DNA of 36,165 nucleotides from Octopus bimaculoides (GCF_001194135.2 NC_068982.1:16813727-16849891), one strand, 5' to 3'; shown: positions 1 through 11,211, counted from the stretch's first letter. A program made the numbers and translations. The notes: generated by a model from the letters alone, not told the origin.

Positions 1-297
1 AGTATCGAAATGTGATTGTTTCAGTTAGTGGAATAGTTTCATTTTTAAAGTGAAAGTATTTGACATGAGTGTTTTTGTTTCACTTTTGACACGTAATACT
101 TAAATAGTGGAGGAGATATTATGTTGCTGTGGGCTCGAACTCTGCAAGAAGTTAAAAAATTTTTTGACTAAAACACAATTGGAACCCTAAGTAAGGCATC
201 TGTAAAATTTGAATGAAATTGGTTGCGTAGTTCTCGAGTTTTAGGGATTCACACAGACAGACAGACAGACACACATTCTCATTTTTATATATATAGA
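1..297 (-). mobile_element. 5' part of a non-autonomous Helitron-like element (runs off the window start)
   Basis: Minus strand reads A|TCTATATATATAAAAATGAGAATGTGTGTCTGTCTGTCTGTC: TC start after a host A, (TA)n, then a (GTCT)n microsatellite, typical of non-autonomous Helitrons. The 3' end is not in the window. Confidence 0.5.
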
Positions 298-560
298 TTA
301 CCGGTTTCGATGATGAATCCCATCTTATCATATATTAGTAAAAGTTTATAAAAGTTTGAAGTAAAAAGAGTTTATCTTCTGTTTGGGGGTCAAAATACGT
401 CTGGAATTTTTTCGTTGTAGTCTTCTTTAAATATAGTTTGGTAAAGTGTGCAAGGTATTAGAAAGAGGGTGTAATTGTCTATTGTCTAAAAGCAATTGCT
501 ATGGGTTCCTGCCAAGGAAGGGATCTTAAAAGCATTTATTGAATAGGTTTTATGTCCATC

Positions 561-591
<31 letters not shown>

Positions 592-627
592 ATTGTGTTG
601 AATGTCTTTTCAATATGTTTGGAATTG

Positions 628-995
628 AGGAGGTGCAATGGCCCAGTGGTTAGGGCAGCGGACTCGCGGTCATCGCATCGCGGTTTCGATTCCCAGGCCA
701 GGCGTTGCGAGTGTTTATTGAGCGAAAACACTTAAAGTTCCGGCAGGGGATGGTGGCGAACCCTGCTGTACTCTTTCACCACATCATTCTCTCACTTACT
801 TTCTGTTTCTGTTGTGCCTGTAATTCAAAGGGTCAGCCTTGTCACATTGTGTCACGCTCAATATCCCCGAGAACTACATTAAGGGCACACGTGTCTGTGG
901 CGTGCTCAGCCACTTGCACGTTAATTTCACGAGCAGGCTGTTCCGTTGATCGGATCAACTGGAACCCTCGACGTCGTAAGCGACGGAGTGCCAAC
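628..995 (+). mobile_element. tRNA-derived SINE, full length, with 13-bp target-site duplication
   Basis: A box TGGCCCAGTGG and B box GGTTTCGATTCCC in a tRNA-like head. Perfect TSD ATGTTTGGAATTG at 615-627 and 996-1008. Confidence 0.85.
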
Positions 996-1099
996 ATGTT
1001 TGGAATTGGACCAGCTGTGTGTTGATGGGTGTGTATGTTGCGATGGATGTCTTGTTAAAGAAAGAATAAGGATTTTTCATTCGGTTTGATGATGTTTAC

Positions 1100-1446
1100 T
1101 CTTGAGTGTCTCGACCTGTGTGTGTGATGTTTTCATTTTGGGTGTCTCCAGCTGAGTGTATGTGTGTTTGTGTGTATGTGTGTGTTTTTCGCGATGTTTT
1201 CCTTTGTGTGTTTATCTGTGAGTGTGTTTCTGTGTGTGCGTTTGTGTATGTGTGCGCAGAGTTGTGTGGGTGTGTGTACAGACGTGTGTGGGTGTGTGTA
1301 CAGACGTGTGTGGGTGTGTGTACAGACGTGTGTGCGTGTTTGTGATGTCATCTTTTGTATGTGTGTGAGTGTATGTGTGTGTTTTTGTATGCGTGTGTGC
1401 AGACATGCGCGTGTTAATTTTTTGCGATGTTTTCTTTTGTATGTAT

Positions 1447-1542
<96 letters not shown>

Positions 1543-1750
1543 AGACGTGTGTGAGTGCGTGTATTTTTGCGATGTTTTCTTTTCTGCGTATGTGTATGTA
1601 TGTATGTGTGTCTTTGCGATATTTTCTTTTGTGAGTATGTGTGTGTATGTGTGTATGTATTTATGTGTCTGCTTGTGCGTGTGTGCCGAACGTGTTTTTT
1701 GTTTTGGATATTTTCTTTTGTGTGTATGTGCGTTTGTGTGTGTGTGTGTG
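1100..1750. repeat. Compound TG-rich micro/minisatellite
   Basis: Long (TG)n at about 1447-1528, three 22-bp units (TACAGAC at 1277, 1299, 1321) and seven degenerate GATRTTTTCTTTTG-like motifs. Confidence 0.9.
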
Positions 1751-3961
1751 CAGTGGGGGGGGGGACGTGTATCCTGGTATTTCTATCCTTGTGCTTAAAA
1801 AGGAATATTACTTTGAGTGTGGTTGATATTTGTTGTCGATCTGTTTTGAGTGGGTCTGTAGGATCGTTTTTGATAGTGAGTGTATTGAGGAGGGGTCTGC
1901 TGTAGTTGCTATTATGTTGCGGTCCTGTTGGGGTTCTTAGTGGTCTGGGTAGTTTGGGTGGGTCTCTTCCAAAGGTCATTGTGTTTATGCTGTAGTGGTT
2001 CTGGTTCCGGTGAGGGCGCTTGTTGTGATTATATTCTATTAAGGGACCTATTGTAGCCCTCAGTGATCCGGGTGTACCTCATCCAAAGTTTAGAGTGTTT
2101 GTGTTATAAGGTCGGTTTATGTCATTTCTGGATTTGGGTCTGTGAGAGAAAATTTGGTGAATGTTTATGTTGTAGTTGGGCGTGGCTCTTTCTTCGGTTG
2201 TAGTTGGGTGTATTTCGTTTGGGTGCGTATGTTCTTTATGCATTACCAAACCGAGTTGCCGATTTTGACGTATGGGGTATCAAAATATTCAGTATGCATT
2301 TGGCTACCAACTAAATTATATTTTCATTCACGAATTTGTATTACAAAAATTTAATATTATCATTTTTCTTTTAATCACCTATCGTAAACGACATTTTTTA
2401 CCATTTCCACAACCACAACGACGATGTCATCACATTTTCTATATGTGTGCATTCTCGCGTTCACTACATACGTTAGGCCGATGACTGACAAGTATATGTG
2501 TGACGGTGTTTGTGCCTGTCAGTATGCATACCTTTTTGTGACTTCTGATACGCACACACATCTAAAGACATAGACAGACACACTCAGGAACAGAGATAGG
2601 TATGAGGTGTACGTTGATGTATATCTGTGTGTGTGTGTGTATCTAGTGTATGCATGTAACTTTACCCAACAGTGAAACGCACTGATATTGAAAGTTACAA
2701 CGACCAGGTTTCATTAGAAAGTGAAAATAGTTTCACACTTTCAATTTGAACCAAAATTACAGTGTTCGATTACGAGACTGACAATGTGTGAAAAATTAAA
2801 GTAATGTATTTTCCGAATTAGTCACATCTGTATTATAATAAAGAAAGCTGCGGCGATATAGCCGCTGCTTATTATCTATCTACCAAATAAACTATGCTTT
2901 TCACTCAACAACTCTTTTTTACAACTAAAATAACATCGGCAACTACGTTGGGTCGCACAAATTTGAGGTCATTTTCGGATAATATTTGAATTTGCTTCTA
3001 ATGTTTCACTTTCGGCCGATGTTTCATGCATGCGTAGAATTCTACTCAGACAAACATTTATGAAATTGTACACACAAATATTGTATTAAAATAAGCCACA
3101 ACCAAGAAAATTGCATTGAAATACATCCTTTTCTCTATATGTTATGGGTTAATACAATCTCTCTCTTTCTCTCTTTCTCTCTCTCTCTCACACACACAAA
3201 AATGATGTATGCATATGTATTTATGGCTGAAGGTAAAGAATAAGCACACCCGGTGTTTAGGGTTAGCTTACGCCGAAAACGGGTGGTTCTGTGTATTTTA
3301 AAAGCAAACAATATTTTAATTAAGCTTAAATGATAGAGATCACTTCGAGGAATTTCATGGTATCAATCTTATGTAATGAAGTTTTAAAAGAAAAAGGTGA
3401 TGCGTGTTTGTTCGTCAAATTTGAGGTTCTATAATTTTTTATGAATATAGTTCTATAAGGGGACTTTTAATATATGCCACCGGTTTCATTGAGGTAAAGA
3501 AAGAATTATCAACGGCACCGCTAATTGACCTGTTATTAATTAACATAATAGCATAGTCTGTAAAAAACACGGATTACATGGAAGAATGCAAGCAAGAGAA
3601 ATATTTTGAAGAATTATTTTGTATAACCTATTTTCAAATTTCTAATTATTAATTAATAATTTTAAATTTAATCGTTTTATAATGCAAAAAATACTTCAGT
3701 TGAGTTATTAATTTTTAATAGAAGAAATAACTTGTAATAAAATATTTAGTTTTGATAAAGGCTAATATTTTCTAAATCTAAATATTTTATTTGAAATTTT
3801 ATCCTTAGCTGCAATATTTTAAGTAAAAATTTTCTTTTTCTGTACTTTACTAGATGTAATAAGTTGTCCTGAACTTTTGCAAGTGTAATAATTTGTCCTA
3901 TATTTTTCCAGATTTATAAACTTATGAATATTATTCAGTTTGCTCGTATTTTTCCATGTTA

Positions 3962-3988
3962 TGTCCACACACACACACACACACACAC

Positions 3989-4019
<31 letters not shown>

Positions 4020-4760
4020 TGCATGTATGTATGTATGTATGCATGTATGTATGTATGCATGTATGTATGTATGCATATATGCGTGTATATATATANNNNN
4101 NNNNNNNNNNNNNNNNNNNNNNNNNNNNNNNNNNNNNNNNNNNNNNNNNNNNNNNNNNNNNNNNNNNNNNNNNNNNNNNNNNNNNNNNNNNNNNNNNNNN
4201 NNNNNNNNNNNNNNNNNNNNNNNNNNNNNNNNNNNNNNNNNNNNNNNNNNNNNNNNNNNNNNNNNNNNNNNNNNNNNNNNNNNNNNNNNNNNNNNNNNNN
4301 NNNNNNNNNNNNNNNNNNNNNNNNNNNNNNNNNNNNNNNNNNNNNNNNNNNNNNNNNNNNNNNNNNNNNNNNNNNNNNNNNNNNNNNNNNNNNNNNNNNN
4401 NNNNNNNNNNNNNNNNNNNNNNNNNNNNNNNNNNNNNNNNNNNNNNNNNNNNNNNNNNNNNNNNNNNNNNNNNNNNNNNNNNNNNNNNNNNNNNNNNNNN
4501 NNNNNNNNNNNNNNNNNNNNNNNNNNNNNNNNNNNNNNNNNNNNNNNNNNNNNNNNNNNNNNNNNNNNNNNNNNNNNNNNNNNNNNNNNNNNNNNNNNNN
4601 NNNNNNNNNNNNNNNNNNNNNNNNNNNNNNNNNNNNNNNNNNNNNNNNNNNNNNNNNNNNNNNNNNNNNNNNNNNNNNNNNNNNNNNNNNNNNNNNNNNN
4701 NNNNNNNNNNNNNNNNNNNNNNNNNNNNNNNNNNNNNNNNNNNNNNNNNNNNNNNNNNNN

Positions 4761-4790
<30 letters not shown>
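3962..4790. repeat. (CA)n/(TATG)n/(TA)n microsatellites flanking assembly gap 4096-4760
   Basis: Directly visible. The other gaps are 6615-6829, 7927-8225, 12604-13165, 14112-14193 and 26360-26802, mostly microsatellite-flanked. Confidence 0.95.
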
Positions 4791-4791
<1 letters not shown>

Positions 4792-4793
4792 GC

Positions 4794-5560
4794 CTGCATA
4801 GATGGGGTTTGCGGGAAGACTAGCTGTGTAAAATTTGTAGAGAAAATGACACCCTGGAGCACATCTTAGCAGGGTGCTGTATAGCACTTTCTCAAGGCAG
4901 ATATAAATGGTACTGTAATAGGGTGCTTGCAACACTTGCTCGCACTCTGTATCAGGAAAGGCGCAAGAAATATCATCGCCAAGGGAAGGAAACAGAAGCA
5001 ATTAAGTTTGTGAAAGATGGAGAGAAAGAGACCGAGAAAATCAGCAAAAATAATACACGGCTCGCTACAAGGATCTCAACCATGGGTTATGGAAGTGGAC
5101 TTCGGTGAGAGATTGCAGTTTCCCCAGGTTGTCATTACAACCCTGAGGCCAAGTGTGGTCCTATGGTTTGAAACGGCCAAGAAAATTATCGTGATTAAAC
5201 TAAAAGAGGGATGCGATAAGGACCATGAACAGAAGCGTGCTAGATATGAGAACCTTCTGCAGGATTGCAGATAGAAGAGATGGCAGATATAGCTCTTCCC
5301 AGTTGAGGTTAGCTGTAGGGGATTCGCTGCTCAGTCAGCATGGAGAATGCTTACAGTAATTGAAATGAGAAACAAGAAGCGAAGGGTGGCTGTGCGCAGA
5401 ATGAGAGAGGTAGTTAAAAGAGCTTCTTGTTGACTCTGGAGTAAGAGACTAGACTTTGGAAGACAGAAGATGAAGTGCAGTGACTTGGCCACCTCTGCCG
5501 ACTTACTTAATCACTTGACTCCTGGACACCCATTCATATTCAAACCTGAGTCATGAGAGG
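4794..5560 (+). mobile_element. 3' fragment of a restriction-like-endonuclease LINE (HERO/R2-group), pseudogenised
   Basis: Translates to LHRWGLRED*LCKICRENDTLEHILAGCCIALSQGRYKW (CCHC knuckle C-x2-C-x7-H-x4-C), then TTLRPSVVLW..KKIIVI and FPVEVSCRGFAAQS (RLE motifs). Contains stops and frameshifts. Confidence 0.8.
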
Positions 5561-5737
5561 TGCGACATGACTCTTATGAAGAAAGTATTCATATCTTGGC
5601 AATTGCTTTGTCGTTCATTTTCTATTGGACTGATTTATCTTATTCAATTATGGAATTGCAACATACACAAAAAAGTTAGTTATGTATACCAACCACAATT
5701 TTTAGGTATAAATTACTGTTCATACTTATATGCGTAT

Positions 5738-6146
5738 AACAGTAATATCCACCCTTAGGGGTCAGCCACATTTAAGTGGCAAATATACTTCACCTTATCG
5801 TGCAGTTACTGTTAATACCTCGTTCAGAGATTTAACATTGCTTGTTTTCACTTTTTCGAGATCAGTGAATAATTTCACTGGAAAAAGTTATATATATTTG
5901 CAAAGGAATATCTTTCGCATCGAAGGTCGGCAATTGTCGTACGCTGAGGACGGAAAAATACCCAGAAACTCGAGTCCGTACGTATCGCAGATCAAGATGG
6001 GAAGGATAACTTCCCTTTGCAAATACAGACAGGACACAGATGTGTGTCGATAGCCAGCTGGAGGAGATGTTCCCCTGGGGCTAAAAGCAACAGTAACATC
6101 CACCCTTAGGGGTCAGCCACATTTAAGTGGCAAATATGCTTCACCT
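5738..6146 (+). repeat. 351-bp unit with 58-bp terminal direct repeats (retrozyme / Penelope pseudo-LTR-like)
   Basis: AACAGTAA(T/C)ATCCACCCTTAGGGGTCAGCCACATTTAAGTGGCAAATAT(A/G)CTTCACCT at 5738-5795 and 6089-6146, with 2 mismatches. Confidence 0.85.
5938..5982 (+). ncRNA. Minimal type-I hammerhead ribozyme
   Basis: Stem I CGTACG (5938-43) pairs with CGTACG (5977-82). Core CUGAGGA 5944-50, stem II GG/CC with a C.A mismatch at its base, GAAA 5965-68, 2-bp stem III with palindromic UCGA loop, GUC cleavage triplet 5974-76. Confidence 0.7.
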
Positions 6147-7239
6147 ATATATATATAGTTTTAGAGAAAAGAACCAAAGTTCATGAACTCATCTATGAAA
6201 ATCACATATAGAAAAATTAATGAGTAAATGCACGATAAATAAGTATAATATAATACAAAGTAAAAATCATAAGATTATCTTAATATAATTAGCTGTGTAT
6301 AAAATGAAATGACTCTGTAACGGCATGCTTGCCAAAAACACTTTAGAGCTTCATGAGCAAATAAGAGTTGCTCCCCTTGACATATTGCTTCATCTTTGTT
6401 CACTTTTTTTCAAATATGACGTCCTATTGAAAGCAAAAACGTTTTCTCTATATAAGTTGACAATCGTTTGATCGTGAAACTTGTACTTATTTCATTTGTA
6501 ATTATGTAATGATGTAATATGATCCTAATATCACCATAAAGTTTATTATACAAACTTTTTGTGACTTTTACATATCTTTTTTTTCTTACACACACACACA
6601 CACACATATATACANNNNNNNNNNNNNNNNNNNNNNNNNNNNNNNNNNNNNNNNNNNNNNNNNNNNNNNNNNNNNNNNNNNNNNNNNNNNNNNNNNNNNN
6701 NNNNNNNNNNNNNNNNNNNNNNNNNNNNNNNNNNNNNNNNNNNNNNNNNNNNNNNNNNNNNNNNNNNNNNNNNNNNNNNNNNNNNNNNNNNNNNNNNNNN
6801 NNNNNNNNNNNNNNNNNNNNNNNNNNNNNTCAATTAAATAATAATATAAATAATATATATATATATTCTCTCTCCCACTTGGATTTGAAATGTTGCCACA
6901 TTTATAATATGTCTTTTTTTCTACATTTTCGTGCAGCTGAAGATTGCTCTTCATATTGCATTTAAGGTAATGCTCGCATTACTTAAATAAATTGAAGTAG
7001 CATGAAACGTGCGTACTGCAATCACCTTTGAAATCCGTGTTGCTTATTATTTTTTAATTTTAATCACCCATCCTTTTGGGATGCGATATTCGGGTGCCTA
7101 CGCATAAGTACCATATTCAAGCCTTGAATCTATATCTAAACCGTCTATATATATATATATCAACTTTAAATAGACCTCAAAATTAATCCGTTGAAAATAC
7201 TTTAATGCAACAACAATAACAATAATAACAAATTATTTA

Positions 7240-7880
7240 TATTATTTAGTTGAACGCCACGCATCCATTTTCAAGTAAGTTTATCTTAACCTTTTGGATC
7301 GACTCGACTCTATATTGTTTTCTCTCCTATCCTCTGTCATTCCCCTTTTCTTCCTGTCATCGTTTTCTTTCTGTCTCTCTATCTCTCTCTTCCCCTCTTT
7401 CTCTTTTTCTCCCTCTCGTTACTCGCATGTGGCCATAGTCCATCTTTCTTTTCCTCATGTGACCATCTTTCTTTCCTCCACTGGCGATCTAAGGACTGGA
7501 CGTCTCCTATCTCTCTCTCTCTTCTATGTTTTCTCTTTTCAAAGAAAATATTTCTCTCAGCTTTCACTATTTTCCCTTCGTTCAGGTCTAACGACCCTCC
7601 ATGTTTGTTTTCGCTCGATTTCTCTGTATGCCTCCACTGTCCTGTTTTTGTTCCTAACTTTGACCCTCCAGCAATCCAAAATTTTATCTTGGTATTTATG
7701 GGAGCAACTGTCTTCGAAGAGTCATATTGATTGCTCGAAATGGGGAGTAGATATACAGCCGACAACTGATGAAGGGTCACTCTTTGTAGCGTCCTTTTTT
7801 TTCTCTTGTTATTTGCGTATTTAACTCATTTGTTTTCGTATATCATGTTGTTTACTCTTGGTGACGTCCTGTACCCATAT
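7240..7880 (+). mobile_element. Pyrimidine-rich interspersed repeat, probably Penelope-like terminal region
   Basis: Ends in TTGGTGACGTCCTGTAC, related to the motif repeated in opposite orientation at 13190-14022. Contains ACAACTGATGAAGG. A similar pyrimidine-rich tract lies at about 8340-8680. Family assignment is inference. Confidence 0.35.
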
Positions 7881-7884
7881 ATAC

Positions 7885-7926
<42 letters not shown>

Positions 7927-8225
7927 NNNNNNNNNNNNNNNNNNNNNNNNNNNNNNNNNNNNNNNNNNNNNNNNNNNNNNNNNNNNNNNNNNNNNNNNNN
8001 NNNNNNNNNNNNNNNNNNNNNNNNNNNNNNNNNNNNNNNNNNNNNNNNNNNNNNNNNNNNNNNNNNNNNNNNNNNNNNNNNNNNNNNNNNNNNNNNNNNN
8101 NNNNNNNNNNNNNNNNNNNNNNNNNNNNNNNNNNNNNNNNNNNNNNNNNNNNNNNNNNNNNNNNNNNNNNNNNNNNNNNNNNNNNNNNNNNNNNNNNNNN
8201 NNNNNNNNNNNNNNNNNNNNNNNNN

Positions 8226-8263
<38 letters not shown>

Positions 8264-8679
8264 GTGTGTATGTATGTATGTATGTATGTGTGTGTGTATG
8301 TATGCATGTATATGTATATAGCGGCGTACGTACGCCCTTGTGCTCACCTTATAATAGGTATGTATCTAAATTGTGTACGACTCTACTCTATCTTTTATTC
8401 CCCCTCTCATTTTTCTTCCTTTTTTTCTCGATCCCCTCTCACATTTCTTGGCCCTCTCTTTCTTTAACTCTCACTATTTTCCACTCGTTTATCTCCCCTG
8501 TACTTTTTTCTTTGCCACTGATTCTTTTCCTAATCCTTCAATCCCAGTCCCCTACCCATCTCTCCTCCTTCCACGTGACCAGTGTCCGGCCAGCCATGAT
8601 CTTTCTTTCTTGTCCTGACTGCCGACCGTCCAGCTCCTATGTTCCGGCCTTTAGGCTTTCACTTCATACACGCCGATTT

Positions 8680-9598
8680 CATTTTTTTGCTTGTGCAATG
8701 TTCGCGGAGCTGATCATCAATGCCGCGTGAAATGTCTTGAATTGTACGAGAAACCATGTGGGCGGATAAAGGAATGGTCTTAATTTGCTTGACGGCTTCA
8801 TCACTAATCATTGCGTATTGCGCCAACGGTGATCTTCAAGGCTGGTAAAATAATGTTTACGGCAACAGAATGTGGTATTTTCTTCTTTGCCAAAAGCTGG
8901 GAAATCTTGTGACTAGCAATTTGGGCTTTCTCGGGAATTGAGTGAAATTTCTTCAGTCTTTTTGATTGAATTTTTACATTATTTTTTAGCATCTCAAAGT
9001 ATTCTTTTGGTTTGTCCTTATGTTGCGATGATTTGTTATTAAATGGCATTGAAGTTTACTGGAAACGATCCCTTCATTTGAGAGTGTTGTTAAACAAATT
9101 ATACGAAAAGGAACCGAGTTGTCCTTTTCCCATAATATAAAATCATATTGGACGTAGTTTTCTTTATATTTTCGTTTTGACAGGGTGGACTTTTTATTCT
9201 GGTGTTCGTCTTGTTAGCTATTACTCCCTTCCTTATTTTTTTGAGGTCTCTATAAAAATTTGTCCATGTTTAAATCTAAAATTAAAAATCGATTAATATT
9301 AACATAAAATAATTTATGCAAATTATTAATAAATCAATAATTAAAGACTACTAGGACTACTAAACAGTTTACTTACAGACAATCCTGGTTTAAACACAGA
9401 AATGTAATATATTGTAGCAAAACTGTTGTTCGTCGTGTAACGTGATTTATATTTAGCGTATTTTATGATTAATAAAATTAATTTGTATTTACTCTCGAAC
9501 TTTGCGAATGTTCCTGAATCGTTGTTTCCCAAAAATCTCGAAAATAATATTCGCGGTATTCCAGGAATCTCTCGCGGCACACAGTTTGGCAGACACTG
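8680..9598 (-). mobile_element. hAT (Buster/Charlie-type) DNA transposon, left end plus 5' transposase fragment
   Basis: Terminus CAGTGTCTGCCAAACTGTGTGCCGCG at 9598 (-). Decayed ORF: KRKYKENYVQYDF..IICLTTLSNEGIVSSKLQCHL (BED-like finger), KDKPKEYFE..EKAQIASHKISQLLAKKKIPHS..IILPA, IPLSAHMVSRTIQDIS. This is ZBED5/SCAND3/FAM200-like. The other end is missing. Confidence 0.85.
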
Positions 9599-10389
9599 CT
9601 TTCGAGCATTCTAACGATATGCAGCTGTATTTTCTTCTATTACTGCTTGTCCCGTACTCCTCAACAAAATATAGGCTAACTATTGAAGCAATTAATCGCT
9701 AAATATACACAATGGATATTTTGAGAATATTGTTTGGTTTGTTACGACTCAAAGAAGATAAACGATTTGTACCACTTTATATTAACGATTTACCGTTAAG
9801 TGAGATTTATCTAGCAAGTTGTCTTTGTTTAAATACATAATATGATTATAGTAATTGATATAAAGTATTGACCATTCAGATAGCTGAAAAATATCCAGCA
9901 TCATGATCAGCTATACCATTTGTAAAATAGTTGGTTTTTAGCAAAATTGCTAATGAGGCATATAAAGTGAGCAATTTACTTCCGACATTTTAGATGTTTA
10001 AGTTTAAAAACTGACCTGTCTTCATCCTAGAACAGTGAATAAAAAAATTATGAAGATGATAGCTAAATTAACTTCAGCTTTGGATGTTTTCTGAAACGGA
10101 GATTTTCATTAGGCATATCATACACGCAATGTGTTCTTCGTAACCTGGCAGAAGGAATTCTATCTTCATGTGCGTCAGGTATTAAAGAATCGCAGAATTG
10201 AAACCTTATAAAATTATTTGAATATCCTTTTTTTCTTTTAATGTAATAGTGAGGATAGTAATTCATTTTTCAATGATAAGCAAACATCCACAGGAAATTA
10301 AACTCACCAGCCAGAATTTGTTGATCAATTAAATTTATGAGGAAAGTACACTTTGAAATATCACTCGTGGAATTTAATTTCTTTTACAG

Positions 10390-10715
10390 ATAATACAAAA
10401 ACTAAGGAACCGAACGATGATCCACCAGGATACAATGAAAACTATGGCCCCTTAGATACTATTTGGGGGAATCCTTTGGAGCCTGTACAAAATGAATATT
10501 CACCACCACCAGAATATTCATCACCATCGGGATGTCCCCCACCTGGATATCCACCACAACCTGGATATCCACCACAACCTGGATATCCACCACAACCTGG
10601 ATATCCACCACAACCTGGATATCCACTACAACCTGGATATCCACAGCAACTCGGATATCCACCACAATCCGCATGCCTGTCACAACCACAACAACAACAA
10701 CAACAGATTGTTATT
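10390..10715 (+). CDS. Gene A (CD225/dispanin family, PRRT1-like) proline-rich coding exon, phase 1 in / phase 0 out
   Basis: Acceptor tttcttttacag|, open frame DNTKTKEPNDDPPGY...QQQQQQIVI, donor |gtaagc at 10716 in frame with the next exon. No in-frame ATG, so an upstream exon is required. Confidence 0.8.
10545..10670 (+). repeat. Coding 18-bp tandem repeat, 7 x GYPPQP-like hexapeptide
   Basis: GGATATCCACCACAACCT x4, then the variants GYPLQP, GYPQQL and GYPPQS. Confidence 0.95.
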
Positions 10716-10839
10716 GTAAGCAAATACTGTTTTCTTTTCATTTTACTTTTGACTGCTCTACAACCATTTAGCGTGAACAGTGATCATATGTTTTGCAAGC
10801 TTTACTCATCAAAAGGTGACTGTACTAGGAAATCATCCT

Positions 10840-11012
10840 TAAGAGTTTTTAGTCTCTTTACATTCTAAGTTCAAATTCCACCGGAGTCGACTTTGCTTTT
10901 CATCCTTTTGGAGTCGATAAAATTAGTACTTGTTTAGTACTGGAGTTGATATAATTGACTATCCCAGTTCCCTAAATTTCAAGCATTGTGCCTATAGTAG
11001 AAAGTATTATTA
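10840..11012 (+). mobile_element. Decayed tRNA-derived SINE (same family as 18168-18360)
   Basis: AAGTTCAAATTCCACCGGAGTCGACTTTGCTTTTCATCC...TTGTGCCTATAGTAGAAAGTATTATTATT. Confidence 0.75.
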
Positions 11013-11211
11013 TTCAATGTCGTTACGTCATCATCGTTGTCATTTCTAGCTTCCTCTTTTTTCAATTCATTGTCATAATCATCATCATCATCATTATAAT
11101 CATTATGATCATCATCATCATCATCATCGTCGTCGTCATCATCGTCATCATGAATGTCGTCATCACCATCCTAGATGATTATGTTATACTTTTCATTTCT
11201 TCCCTTTTCAG

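Larger units (their letters stand above)
298..2230 (-). mobile_element. Highly decayed Penelope-like retroelement relic, interrupted by a SINE and TG-rich repeats
   Basis: Strong strand asymmetry and weak peptide echoes of PLE ORFs on the minus strand (QSNIPF, SSNRMKNPYSFF, TLYQTIFKEDYNEK). A GAAACCGGTA motif lies at its end (299-308). Boundaries approximate. Confidence 0.3.

Noticed and set aside
628-700. tRNA gene
   Set aside because: A/B boxes are present, but the sequence continues into a SINE body with a TSD and I could not fold a full cloverleaf.
1120-1725. CRISPR-like repeat-spacer appearance
   Set aside because: Repeats are degenerate, spacers are microsatellites of very unequal length, the context is eukaryotic and there are no cas genes.
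1106-1979. Many long ORFs rich in CV/TH dipeptides
   Set aside because: They are translations of (TG)n/(CA)n microsatellites, open in most frames, with no domain.
2845-2870. GC-rich hairpin AAGCTGCGGC-GATATA-GCCGCTGCTT
   Set aside because: It could be a Helitron hairpin or regulatory site, but there is no CTRR end at the expected distance and no other support.
3819-5001. ORFs of 280-356 aa, and similar ORFs at 6546-6965, 7806-8730, 12552-13293, 26294-27017
   Set aside because: Artefacts of N gaps and flanking microsatellites.
6962-7128. Possible TTAA-flanked MITE with small hairpins
   Set aside because: The ends are not inverted repeats and the right TTAA is imperfect.
10353-10389. TTG start of ORF 10353-10868
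   Set aside because: This is a polypyrimidine/acceptor intron end. The ORF tail after 10715 is also intron.
10442-10771. Alternative-frame and antisense repeat ORFs (10442, 10459, 10492, 10532)
   Set aside because: Shadows of the 18-bp coding repeat. Only the GYPPQP frame splices in frame to the CD225 exon.
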